From Patescibacteria group bacterium (lineage in GTDB: Bacteria > Patescibacteriota > Microgenomatia > Levybacterales > UBA12049): a stretch of 64,000 bases of DNA. Of this stretch, positions 39,932-49,355 are shown one piece after another. The notes under the pieces were generated by a model. The model worked only from the letters and a program-made list of their open reading frames with translations. It was not told where the DNA came from and searched no databases. Position 1 is the first letter of the stretch, and the number at the start of each line of letters is the position of its first letter. Location: assembly GCA_035946335.1 (NCBI GenBank), contig DASYZL010000011.1, positions 3,569-67,568 of the forward strand. Reading direction: 5' to 3'. The position numbers and the translations under genes are program-made.

Positions 39932-41626
39932 TCAACGAAAGCGTCTCATTCTTGATAATAGTCTCTCTTGAGGTAATTTCATTCTGGCAAGTGTTCCATG
40001 GGTAGAATTCGTGTCAAGTATAACTAACCCATCTTCTATGTTATAGAGATGTATATGTGTCGGTGACATGTGCTCGACACCGAGCACGGGTATTTTTATA
40101 ACTTCCTGCTTCCCAGTTGTTTCTCTTCCTATTATTCTCGCTTCTTCAACTTTAAGAATGAGATCTTTCTCGTTAAGGATCGTTTGCGTATAAAAGTCGA
40201 AGAACTGAAGACGAAAAGCGTAACCCCATTCCGGATATACTCTTACCTGCAGTTGGTTACTGTCCGCGTATACTTTATGTGCCGGTAAGGTGAGAATAAC
40301 TTCTTCCAAATTCTTCCGTGGAGCAAAATAGTAAATACCACGCCGAAGTAGCTGATCAACGGTTGTTAATTCGTGAAGTGGAATACCTTTTAGCTCACTA
40401 GCCACGTGTGTCTCATTTCTTTCAGACCTCCAAGCCTTATTTATCCATGGAGTTATTATTGGATCTGTTTGATTATTCTCTAATGGAGGAAGATACCACG
40501 ACGCATGCACAGAAGTATCTGGTGCGTTCGGTTGCGCAGGTTCGGTTACTGGCTGTTGTTTATCAGGTGTTTTGGTCATATCTACGCTTTGTGGCATGGG
40601 AGGTTGAAGGTTAGGGGTAAGGTGTTCCGTTGGGGTTTGGGCGATTTTTCCTCTATCCGGGTATGTTGTTGCGTCAGGAGAAGAGGGAGAAACTGTCGCG
40701 TCGCGAAGAGTTAGTGGGTTTTGGGGAATAGAATGGTGCGGGTGCAATTTCTCAAATTCTACACCTTTCCTAAACGCTTCCTCAATCGCAGCGCGAAACG
40801 TCTCCATATCTGCATACCGTTCCTTTGGATCTTTTCGAAGAGAGCGAGATATTACTTCCTCTAGCTCTGGCAAGTCATTTCTCATATCAAGACCACATTG
40901 CTTTCGTAAATCCTGGAATGAAGGTGGATGAATACGTTTATGCATGATTTTAAGCTCCTCTGGTGTTCCATAGAAAGGCCTCCTTCCAGTAAAAATTTCC
41001 ATACCAAACACACCAAGCGAATACATATCACTTCCGGGAAGAAGATCGTCTCCCTCAAATTGTTCAGGGGCTGCATACGGAGCAGATCCCATAAGAACTT
41101 CTACGCGGCGTAGCTGGGAAGTTTTGGCAATACCAAAATCAGAAAGTCGTACTCCATCATCATGAACCAAGACATTTTCCGGCTTTATATCTCTGTGTGA
41201 TACGCCTCGTTTATGAGCGTATTGTAGTGCTTCAGTCAAGTTAGAAAGTATGGTTACTGCTTCTGCAGTTTCAAGAGGTTTTTGTGTGCCGTCTTTGTCT
41301 CTCATTTTTTGCCGAATATTTCCTTTTTCCGCGTAATCCATAACAAAATACGGCACCCGCATTACATTACTATTGTCAGAAATGTCTATGTTGCCATAGT
41401 GGCGAAATCTCTCAATATATTGGTGATTCAACCCTTCATGAATCTGCTCTTCCTGTTCAAATTGTTGGGGATCACAATTAGGTTGTAGGACTTTGATAGC
41501 AACAGATAAGCGGCCGGAATCAGAAGGAGCGTAATAAACAAATCCGTTGCCGCCTGTCCCAATAAGTTGTTTCGCAGTATAATGATCTGCGAACTTCGCT
41601 CCCAGCAACTGATCAGCTGTATACAT
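39932..41626 (-). CDS. Hanks-type Ser/Thr kinase with C-terminal FHA domain
   Basis: GTGGNG, AIK, HRDIKPEN, DFG, APE; FHA motifs IIGR, SPTH, DTNSTHGT; no TM. Confidence 0.9.
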   Translation of the reverse strand: MYTADQLLGAKFADHYTAKQLIGTGGNGFVYYAPSDSGRLSVAIKVLQPNCDPQQFEQEEQIHEGLNHQYIERFRHYGNIDISDNSNVMRVPYFVMDYAEKGNIRQKMRDKDGTQKPLETAEAVTILSNLTEALQYAHKRGVSHRDIKPENVLVHDDGVRLSDFGIAKTSQLRRVEVLMGSAPYAAPEQFEGDDLLPGSDMYSLGVFGMEIFTGRRPFYGTPEELKIMHKRIHPPSFQDLRKQCGLDMRNDLPELEEVISRSLRKDPKERYADMETFRAAIEEAFRKGVEFEKLHPHHSIPQNPLTLRDATVSPSSPDATTYPDRGKIAQTPTEHLTPNLQPPMPQSVDMTKTPDKQQPVTEPAQPNAPDTSVHASWYLPPLENNQTDPIITPWINKAWRSERNETHVASELKGIPLHELTTVDQLLRRGIYYFAPRKNLEEVILTLPAHKVYADSNQLQVRVYPEWGYAFRLQFFDFYTQTILNEKDLILKVEEARIIGRETTGKQEVIKIPVLGVEHMSPTHIHLYNIEDGLVILDTNSTHGTLARMKLPQERLLSRMRRFR

Positions 41627-41666
41627 ACATAGACTCTTTGGCAGATTGAAACATAATCATATACGT

Positions 41667-42995
41667 TTAAGCAACGAACCGCTTTCGCAAATCTTCTACA
41701 TCAGGCATTAGGTGTGTGGGAACTTTTGGCAATACTTTTGGATCTCCGCCTTTTCGCAAAAATTGGATTATTTTGTATGCGTTGTGTTGTTTCGCTTGTA
41801 ATGTTACTAGTGCCCGTTGTTCAGTCGAAAATCCTCCTTCTCGCTCAAACCAGGATTGTTCTACATTGTCGATTAATTCTGGTATACCTATTCCAGTTCT
41901 GTCATGATATCTGCTGCCTTCAAGCGTGAATGTTGGAACAACGACGCGAATAGCAATTTTTGTCAAATTGTTAAATTTTCTTCCTAAACCATTCTGGTAT
42001 CTCCAATCAAAGTTTATTTTCCCGTTTACAATTGCGCCATGCGCTACTGCTCTCGCAACTCCTCCTGTTCCTCCAATAGATTCGGTCTCGACGCCTTCCT
42101 CTTCTAATCCTTCCATTTTCATTGGAATAATTGGTTGTTCTGTCTTCTTACTTTCTCGTATCGAAGGTCCGGTATGTAACCCAGTTCGAATAGGTGAGGT
42201 TATCAAGGGAATTTGTCCTGAAACTCCATCATATCTTCTTCCTTGATGTATGCTGGAGTTATGAATTGTTCCTGTTGGCTCAGAGTATATGACATGATCT
42301 ATTTTTATAGGTGAGTTACTGGATGCTCCTGTCTGTTTTCCATATAATCGGTGATTATGTAGGTATTCATTATTTTGTCTCGTTTGCGTTTGGAGTCTTG
42401 GCTTTCTTTCCCGTTGTTCCCCTACCGTAGCAAAAAATCCTTCATACTTTCGTTTTCGTCGTTCAACAGGTAAAGCATGAATAATAGGTGAACCATATTC
42501 CGGTGCTGCAAGTTCCATTAATTCAGTAACGGGAATAGGGAACGCCTTTTCTCTGTCAGTCGATCCTGGTTGATCTGTTTTGATTTTACCCGCTTTTGTA
42601 GAGGGTAAAGCAAAAGAATCCCGTTCAGGTTGAACCGGGGGCACGTTCTTAAAGCCTCGCATATCAATGACGATATTATCTCCTGTACCCATCTCTGGAT
42701 TCATTGATCTTTCCATTTCCTGCAGCCAAAGCTGATCATTTGCTCTCTTGGGATTTAATCTTTTAGCAATCTCAAAACTCTCACGCCATCCTACTTCTCG
42801 CCACCACTGTTCTTGTTGTCTGTCTGCGATTTCTTGCGCTCGCCGATAGTCAATAAAAGCAGGTAATAAGGATGGAGTTGCAAAAGAATCCGCTTCAACG
42901 TGAACTTGAGGCATATTCCGAAAGTTTCGCAAATCAATTACTGAGTTTGCATATTTGATACTTTCTACTGCGCCGACTTCTGCTTTATTACTCAT
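41667..42995 (-). CDS. Orphan 442-aa protein with an internal 24-aa repeat
   Basis: VIDLRNFRNMPQVHVEADSFATPS / VIDMRGFKNVPPVQPERDSFALPS. Confidence 0.7.
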   Translation of the reverse strand: MSNKAEVGAVESIKYANSVIDLRNFRNMPQVHVEADSFATPSLLPAFIDYRRAQEIADRQQEQWWREVGWRESFEIAKRLNPKRANDQLWLQEMERSMNPEMGTGDNIVIDMRGFKNVPPVQPERDSFALPSTKAGKIKTDQPGSTDREKAFPIPVTELMELAAPEYGSPIIHALPVERRKRKYEGFFATVGEQRERKPRLQTQTRQNNEYLHNHRLYGKQTGASSNSPIKIDHVIYSEPTGTIHNSSIHQGRRYDGVSGQIPLITSPIRTGLHTGPSIRESKKTEQPIIPMKMEGLEEEGVETESIGGTGGVARAVAHGAIVNGKINFDWRYQNGLGRKFNNLTKIAIRVVVPTFTLEGSRYHDRTGIGIPELIDNVEQSWFEREGGFSTEQRALVTLQAKQHNAYKIIQFLRKGGDPKVLPKVPTHLMPDVEDLRKRFVA

Positions 42996-43086
42996 AACAT
43001 TTTACCTGATCTCTTTCAGTATATGCACGTAATAACATACCCTTCTTGTTCCTAACATATTTATATAAGAAACGCAAGAGAGTTTA

Positions 43087-43115
43087 TTGAGAAAATGGTA
43101 ATACCATTTTCTCAA
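43087..43115. repeat. Perfect 14-bp palindrome with 1-nt centre
   Basis: TTGAGAAAATGGTA-A-TACCATTTTCTCAA. Confidence 0.8.
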
Positions 43116-43226
43116 AAATTACCTTAGAAAGGTTTGGATTCTTACATGTACAGTCAGGTAAAAAGCGACCATCATTGCTAGTAAACATATCTCGTACATT
43201 TCAATTATTCACAGTTTTTCAAAATA

Positions 43227-43724
43227 TCATGGTTTTCTACTCTTATGCATTTTTCCATGAGGGGTTACTCTAGGAGGAGAATCAGGTTTAATGTCTATTT
43301 CTATGGGAACATTTCCAACGTGGAATTTCATCACTTGCGGTTTTGCATCGGGGTGGTTTGCTAGCAAACCACCCAATTCATCCACTCCTACAACTACTGC
43401 AAGCGGTCCTAATCCTCCTGCGAGGATGCCTATTCCTCTTAGGACACTACGTCGGGAATGCGTAGGTTGCGTAATAGGGACAACTGGCTCATAAGGTTTT
43501 GGAGTTTGTCGGTAGAGTACTTGCGTGTTGTTGTCTACAGCAAGATTATGGAGGTTTAGCTCTCTACCCCAGTTCAGTATTGGTTCGTTAGGATCTTTCA
43601 CGAGATTATTGTGCAATGAAGGTTTTCCCCGGCGAATTGGTAGTACTTGCCACCAGGGTCTTTGCTGATCTGGTTTCATCACGATAGCAGGAGGAATATG
43701 ATTTGGTGTTTTGTCTTTAGACAT
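43227..43724 (-). CDS. Orphan single-TM protein with internal twin-arginine-like motif
   Basis: HSRRSVLRGIGILAGGLGPLAVVVGV. Confidence 0.65.
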   Translation of the reverse strand: MSKDKTPNHIPPAIVMKPDQQRPWWQVLPIRRGKPSLHNNLVKDPNEPILNWGRELNLHNLAVDNNTQVLYRQTPKPYEPVVPITQPTHSRRSVLRGIGILAGGLGPLAVVVGVDELGGLLANHPDAKPQVMKFHVGNVPIEIDIKPDSPPRVTPHGKMHKSRKP

Positions 43725-44001
43725 ATTATTTAATGGATAGGTAAATGGATTATATCACCCCGAATTAATAAATACAAACTATAAGCTTCTCACGTTCTGT
43801 CTCTCTTTAGGTTACTTGTAGACTATGGTTCTACTCTTTGCAATACCTGTTTATTTATACCCTTTATTTGTACGTTTCCCAATGTTGCTAGATAAAATTG
43901 TATTGGTGCATCATTGCATAATTTTTCTAATTTGCTTGAGGAGAAAATTTTTAATGAATTTTCAAGTTTAATAAGGATGATATTTGGTCTTTTTTTACTG
44001 T

Positions 44002-45510
44002 CTAAAACCCTGGAAAGAAGTCTTTTTTAATCTGCCTTCCGGTAATTCCCATATCTTTGAGGAGTTTTTCAAATGCTTTGACCATTTGCTGCGGTCCCGA
44101 AAGATAAAATAAACGTTCTTTGTAATCAGGAATTTTGTTTTTAATCATTTCCGGAGTAATACGTCCGGATTGTCCCTTCCAGTTTTTTGGGATGTTTTGT
44201 GTATCAGTTATGGCATAGACCGTGTTAATGCCAAGAAGTTTTTGCGCGTAGTTGAAAATATCTACATACGCAAATTCCTTTTGATCTTTTGCTGCATAAA
44301 AAAGGACAATATCCCGCTTTTGGTTCTTATCAAGCAAATATTTGATCATGCTGCGATAAGGTGTAATGCCAATGCCGCCAGCAAGAAATGCAAGTTTTTG
44401 GTTCGTATTTTTTGGTAAAACAAATTCGCCGCTAAGTTGTGTTGCAATAATCTGCTTTTTTGTATTCAGAGCATTGAGTGCTTTTTTGAAACTGCTTGAG
44501 GGTTCATTAAATCGGACACCAATGCGAATTGTTTCTTCTGTTGGAGAAGATGCAAGAGTGAAATATCGTCTGTTTCCACGAAAGTCTGTATGCGAATGAG
44601 CAAGCGTCCACTCCATGTATTGCCCTGGTGTGAAGGAAAAATTTTGTGCTTTTGGAAACACAAAATCTGCCATATCTGGAGCAAGTTGGATTTTTTCTTT
44701 CAGAGAAAGGAAAAATTTTGCTTTCGGACTGACAAGAAAAGAAAAAATATTACCGATAACTAAAGCAAGCTCTGGTGTTGCATAAAGAAAAATTCCCGGT
44801 GCAAACAAAATACCTACGATGCCTCCGTAAAGGACACGCAGCATTCTTGTCGGTGGTGTTGTCGATGGTTCGGTAAGCATGACGAGTCCGCAGTATACCA
44901 GTGGCGTGTCAAGGAGGATTCTCTTTAACAAATCAGATGGATTCAATGAGAAAGAAAGGATAGCCATCGTAGCTGTTGCTGTGAGAAAAAAACTCAGCAC
45001 TAAATCTCCCCGCTGAATTTTTCTCACCACAAGCAAGCCGCCAATGAGAACGAATGGTAGCATGCTTGCAGTACCGATCCACCAGCTCGCTGACTTACCA
45101 AGTGCAAAACTGGTTATCACAAGCGCAATGGCAACGGGATTGAACATGTGCTTTTTATGGAATGTCAAAAGATACTTGGAAGCCATTGCCAGAACTGATG
45201 TAATAGCCATGAAGAGCATGTTGTCTAAAGAGAGAACTGGTGTGATAAGAAAAACAAGAATCAATGCGGAAATATATACAGACTCAAAGTTTGTCGGTGC
45301 ATGAAACAATAGTGAAAATAGTTTATTTACTCCATAGCTAACACTTACGAGTAAAATGCCTTCCAGAAAAATGACAACAGGCGAGTAAGAGAGAATACCA
45401 AAAAAACCAAGCACTATTGCTATGATCCATAAACAAATAAGGTACCATAGCATAACGCGGTACATGGTGTATTTATTGAGGAATTCGTCAATTGCGTTCA
45501 GTAAAAACAT
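44002..45510 (-). CDS. RnfD/NqrB-like membrane domain fused to an FNR-type FAD/NAD(P) oxidoreductase
   Basis: KHMFNP, MLTEPSTTP; RRYFTLASSP, AGGIGITP, YLSGP. Confidence 0.88.
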   Translation of the reverse strand: MFLLNAIDEFLNKYTMYRVMLWYLICLWIIAIVLGFFGILSYSPVVIFLEGILLVSVSYGVNKLFSLLFHAPTNFESVYISALILVFLITPVLSLDNMLFMAITSVLAMASKYLLTFHKKHMFNPVAIALVITSFALGKSASWWIGTASMLPFVLIGGLLVVRKIQRGDLVLSFFLTATATMAILSFSLNPSDLLKRILLDTPLVYCGLVMLTEPSTTPPTRMLRVLYGGIVGILFAPGIFLYATPELALVIGNIFSFLVSPKAKFFLSLKEKIQLAPDMADFVFPKAQNFSFTPGQYMEWTLAHSHTDFRGNRRYFTLASSPTEETIRIGVRFNEPSSSFKKALNALNTKKQIIATQLSGEFVLPKNTNQKLAFLAGGIGITPYRSMIKYLLDKNQKRDIVLFYAAKDQKEFAYVDIFNYAQKLLGINTVYAITDTQNIPKNWKGQSGRITPEMIKNKIPDYKERLFYLSGPQQMVKAFEKLLKDMGITGRQIKKDFFPGF

Positions 45511-46234
45511 ACGAGTCAAATCCGGATGTGTACGTTGCAATACCTTTCTTATCTATCATATACCCTTCAAGGCCTTTTTGCCTCTCAAGAAAGTGTATAC
45601 CGTTTTTACCCATTGCAAATGCGGCAGTTGCAAAACGATCTGCTTCGTATATATTTGGCCCGACAACAGTTATGCTGACAATATCAGTGATATGTTTATC
45701 AATGTTATGAGGATTGTAAATATGTTGTCCGCGAATATATGTGCCGGATGTTGCAACACCTTTATTCAGGAGGATAAGCACTTTCACAATTTTTCCAGGC
45801 AGAAATGGATTTTGTATACCAACAGTCCACTGTTTTCCTTTTTCATTGCATCCTGATACCTGTACGTCTCCTCCTGCATTAATATAAAAATGTTCATATC
45901 TTTTTTTGCTGAGTATGTGCGCTGCGCGATATACTGCCCATCCTTTCACTAAGCCTGATGGATCAAGTACTCCGTTTTTCCATATATCAAAATATCCATT
46001 CGTTTGTTGTTTCGTCTGCTCAGCAAGAGAAAGAATTGTTTTCATGTCTTTACTATATGCGTTGGGCAATAATTCATTACGGTTTATGCGGGAGACTTCA
46101 CTGCCCTTTTTATACGGACTAAATTTTCTATCAACTGCGCGAAAAAAGGAAAAGATTTCGTCAAAGATGCTCTGTTTTTCGTGAACAAGATCAACCGTAA
46201 TCGGCATGCCCATAATCAGCTGGGTTTGACGCAT
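45488..46234 (-). CDS. apbE: FAD:protein FMN transferase ApbE (short form)
   Basis: MGMP, DPSGLVKGWA, NAGGD, VATSG, HIYNP, ADRFAT. Confidence 0.92.
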   Translation of the reverse strand: MRQTQLIMGMPITVDLVHEKQSIFDEIFSFFRAVDRKFSPYKKGSEVSRINRNELLPNAYSKDMKTILSLAEQTKQQTNGYFDIWKNGVLDPSGLVKGWAVYRAAHILSKKRYEHFYINAGGDVQVSGCNEKGKQWTVGIQNPFLPGKIVKVLILLNKGVATSGTYIRGQHIYNPHNIDKHITDIVSITVVGPNIYEADRFATAAFAMGKNGIHFLERQKGLEGYMIDKKGIATYTSGFDSYVFTERN

Positions 46235-46237
46235 ACG

Positions 46238-46678
46238 TTAACTTTTTGCCTGTTGCAGCGCAGACTGGAGAGATTGCATAAATGCCTGGGAAGTTTGGGT
46301 TGCGCCGGAGACAATATCAACTTGTGCACTCTGCGCGGTAATTGCTTCTTGTTTTAATTGCGGGAGTGATTGATTGCTTACTTCGACTGAATGTGCAGTA
46401 TCATTAGGAAATTGGAGGAATTGCACATCAGTAATTTTTCCACCGCTAATGACAACTGCTACTTGTATATTGCCATAAAAAGCGTCAGTGACAGGACCGT
46501 TATACGTTCCATCTTTGTATCTTCCATTTACAGGTGAGGATGCTGTTGCTGGAGCAGAAGTTGGAGTGAGAACGGACGGAATCATTACTGCATCCTGTTG
46601 CTTAATGCGCTGTTCATAGACAACGTACCCAACAATGAAGAGTATAATGATACCAATAACAATTGCTTTTTTTATCAT
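46238..46678 (-). CDS. Membrane-anchored FMN-binding protein
   Basis: N-terminal TM, YKDGTY, flavinylation motif DIVSGAT. Confidence 0.92.
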   Translation of the reverse strand: MIKKAIVIGIIILFIVGYVVYEQRIKQQDAVMIPSVLTPTSAPATASSPVNGRYKDGTYNGPVTDAFYGNIQVAVVISGGKITDVQFLQFPNDTAHSVEVSNQSLPQLKQEAITAQSAQVDIVSGATQTSQAFMQSLQSALQQAKS

Positions 46679-46761
46679 AGGAGAAGTTTACTTGTATTCT
46701 TAGAAGAACACAAGTGAGTTACAGCATAAAAACTAAAGCTGAAAAATAACTGAAGCATGAG

Positions 46762-48420
46762 TTATCCACCTGTATGAGGGGGTTCGATTGCTTCTTCAGA
46801 CGAATAGAGAATTTCCCGCCAGTTCCCGACACGTTTAAAAAGTAGTAAAAATGGTTTTGCTTCCTGCACATTAAATACCCAGGTTAACAGGAGGTACAAA
46901 AGCAATCCGCACAAACTGCTGATACCAGTAAGCATGAGGAGCTCCACGGTTTTTGTTGTGTCAAAGACCAATTGGTCGAGTAATTTGATAGGGATGTAGA
47001 GTGCAAATGCAGTGAAGAAGGTAATAAGAAAAATTTTTGCACTTGAGAAAAACAGTGTTTTTTTGGTAAAGCCACCGGTTTTTCTGTCAAGCATCACAAA
47101 TAACACCAGAAAATTAATAATACTGCTAATCGAATACGCAAACGCAATGCTACCAATGCTGAGGTGAAAAAAGAAAATAAAGCATACTCCCAGAAGCAAC
47201 ATAACAGCAGTAGAAAACGCACCGATAACAAGCGGGGTTATTGTATCGTGCAGCGCATAAAACCCCCGTGATACAAGGTAAATTAATGATTGTGCGAATA
47301 AAGAGAATGCAAACAAAGCAAGCGTATGGCCGGTAAAGACTGTTGCTTGCCAGTCAAATTGCGACGCGCCGTAAATAAGGCGTACCAGAGGAATGCGGAG
47401 GACAATGAACAATACGGAAACAGGTAACACAAGGTAAAGCATTTGAAAAAAACTGCTGAGAAACGTTTGCCGAAAAAGAACCAGGTCATGTTTTTGTCGT
47501 GACAAGACAGGAAATGCAGCCTGGGCAATGGTTTGTCCAAACAGGCCAACCGGGGCAAAAGCAAGTGTTTGCGCATAATCAAAGATGACATAATTTCGTC
47601 CGGCGTCGTGTAGCAAGGAAATTAACGTGACCGTAAGAAGTGTCCCCAGTTGAAAGATTGCAATAGATAGTGTTCGTGGCCACATGAGATGAAACACTTC
47701 TGCGAGGCCCTTATTTTCTACGACTTTAACGATATGAAAACGAAATCCGACTTTTTTAACCATTGGTATTTGTGCAATAACAAACAGAAGCGCACCGATA
47801 ATAACACCGTATGCGGGTGCAAAGATACCGACAGAGGGGGCGAGAAAGAGAATACCGATAATGATGCCAAGATTATATAAGGCTGCAGCAAGACCGGGGA
47901 TAAGAAAATGGTTGTACGATTGCAGGAGTGCAGAGAAAAAGCTTGCGATAATGAACAGCATTTCGCCTGCTAACGTAACGCGCATAAGATTTCCCATAAG
48001 AATAAGTTCTTTTGAAGAAAACCCTGGCGCAACAAGGCCGGAAAAAAATGGCGCAAATACGAAGAGAACAAGGGAGATAATAAAAAAAATTGCCAATCCT
48101 AAAGTCAGTAAGGTTGAGGCAAATGCATACCCTTCTTTTTCTTTCCCTTTGACAAGATAATCGGAAAAAACCGGAATAAATGCGCTTGAGAGTGCACCGG
48201 CAATAATAATCTGAAAGAGAAAATCAGGCAATCGTCCCGAGGCAAGGTAAACGCCTAACGTGTTTGATGCGCCGAAAACAGTAACCAGTAAGCGTTGTCG
48301 TACAAGACCAAGGAGTTGGGAGAAAATAACCGTTGCCATAATAATAAGCGCCGCAGAGAGGATGTTTGTTTGCTGGCGGGTAAACAGAGAAAGGCTTTTT
48401 TTAAGAAAGGCGCTTGTCAT
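46762..48420 (-). CDS. murJ: Lipid II flippase MurJ/MviN
   Basis: LGLVRQ, RLPD, GALSSAFIPVF, FYALHDT.TP. Confidence 0.92.
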   Translation of the reverse strand: MTSAFLKKSLSLFTRQQTNILSAALIIMATVIFSQLLGLVRQRLLVTVFGASNTLGVYLASGRLPDFLFQIIIAGALSSAFIPVFSDYLVKGKEKEGYAFASTLLTLGLAIFFIISLVLFVFAPFFSGLVAPGFSSKELILMGNLMRVTLAGEMLFIIASFFSALLQSYNHFLIPGLAAALYNLGIIIGILFLAPSVGIFAPAYGVIIGALLFVIAQIPMVKKVGFRFHIVKVVENKGLAEVFHLMWPRTLSIAIFQLGTLLTVTLISLLHDAGRNYVIFDYAQTLAFAPVGLFGQTIAQAAFPVLSRQKHDLVLFRQTFLSSFFQMLYLVLPVSVLFIVLRIPLVRLIYGASQFDWQATVFTGHTLALFAFSLFAQSLIYLVSRGFYALHDTITPLVIGAFSTAVMLLLGVCFIFFFHLSIGSIAFAYSISSIINFLVLFVMLDRKTGGFTKKTLFFSSAKIFLITFFTAFALYIPIKLLDQLVFDTTKTVELLMLTGISSLCGLLLYLLLTWVFNVQEAKPFLLLFKRVGNWREILYSSEEAIEPPHTGG

Positions 48421-48454
48421 TGCGGATTTTAGTATAGCATGGTAAAATACCGAC

Positions 48455-48754
48455 ATGCCAGTAATCAAATCAGCAAAGAAAAAACTTCGCTCGGACAAAA
48501 AGCGTACAGCAAGGAATGCAAAGCAAAACGCTGCATTGAGAACGTTTATGAAGGCAATGCGAAAAGCGCCAAGCGAGAAAGCTTTTCAAGCAGCTCAGGC
48601 AGCAATTGATAAGGCTGCCAAAAATCATTTACTGCATAAAAATAAAGCAGCCCGGGTAAAATCATCACTCGCAAAACTCATAACCAAGAAAGAAGTAAAA
48701 CAAACTGAAAAGAAAGCTCCTGCAAAAAAGAAGCCAGCTGCAAGGAAAAAATAA
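48455..48754 (+). CDS. rpsT: 30S ribosomal protein S20
   Basis: MPVIKSAKK, IDKAAK..LLHKNKAAR.KS; K/A-rich tail. Confidence 0.95.
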   Translation: MPVIKSAKKKLRSDKKRTARNAKQNAALRTFMKAMRKAPSEKAFQAAQAAIDKAAKNHLLHKNKAARVKSSLAKLITKKEVKQTEKKAPAKKKPAARKK

Positions 48755-48842
48755 TACACGTGGATAATTTAGTTGTATTAACCCGCTGCAAAACTAATTT
48801 AATGAATGTGTAAAAGCTTATGGAATGCTTCCGATGAAAAAA

Positions 48843-49106
48843 TCAAGGCTTCTTAAAAGTTTCCTTGAGTTCTTTAATCGCTTTACGTAATTTTGCTTTT
48901 GAAATTTCACTTTCTATATTAGCTTTTCCATCTTGCTTCGTAACAAATGTATCCATACGATCATTTATATTATGTAATCCTTCACGATATCTCTGATACC
49001 ATCCAGTATTTCTTATATTTAACCTACTTAATACGTTTACCAGACTTTGTGCCATAGGTAGTTTAGGTTGTTGCATTTCAGGACTTGGTAATAAACCCTC
49101 TGTCAT
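48843..49106 (-). CDS. Hypothetical protein
   Basis: 87 aa; TACCAT-7nt-ATG. Confidence 0.55.
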   Translation of the reverse strand: MTEGLLPSPEMQQPKLPMAQSLVNVLSRLNIRNTGWYQRYREGLHNINDRMDTFVTKQDGKANIESEISKAKLRKAIKELKETFKKP

Positions 49107-49355
49107 ACTTTCGATGGTAACAAATTTTTACTAAAAATTAAAGGGAACGAAGCTTTAATACGCGATTAAACATGAGATTTATTTCCTGGTACTTCAAAAT
49201 GCCTGAGCATACTTCTGTTTTTGCCTAATCTTTCCTGACTTCCCGGTACTCTTCTTAAGTAATATAGTATTGAAGCAGGAAAGCTGACAATGTTTTCCTG
49301 AAAAATGCTTCGTTCTCTTTGACAAACCTTGTAAAAATCCATAGACTAAATTTGT

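Noticed and set aside
43184-43196. 13-bp identity AACATATCTCGTA with 23638-23650
   Set aside because: Does not extend; matches of this length are expected by chance in 64 kb
43119-43199. 26-aa hydrophobic minus-strand ORF (MYEICLLAMMVAFYL...)
   Set aside because: No SD or correctly spaced -10; hydrophobic ORFs arise easily in AT-rich DNA
43825-43971. 48-aa hydrophobic plus-strand ORF
   Set aside because: No initiation signals; composition explained by T-richness
46714-46761. Possible 11-bp repeats (CTGAA x2) upstream of the flavinylation operon
   Set aside because: Only two units, different consensus and not phased to the -10 like the three accepted arrays
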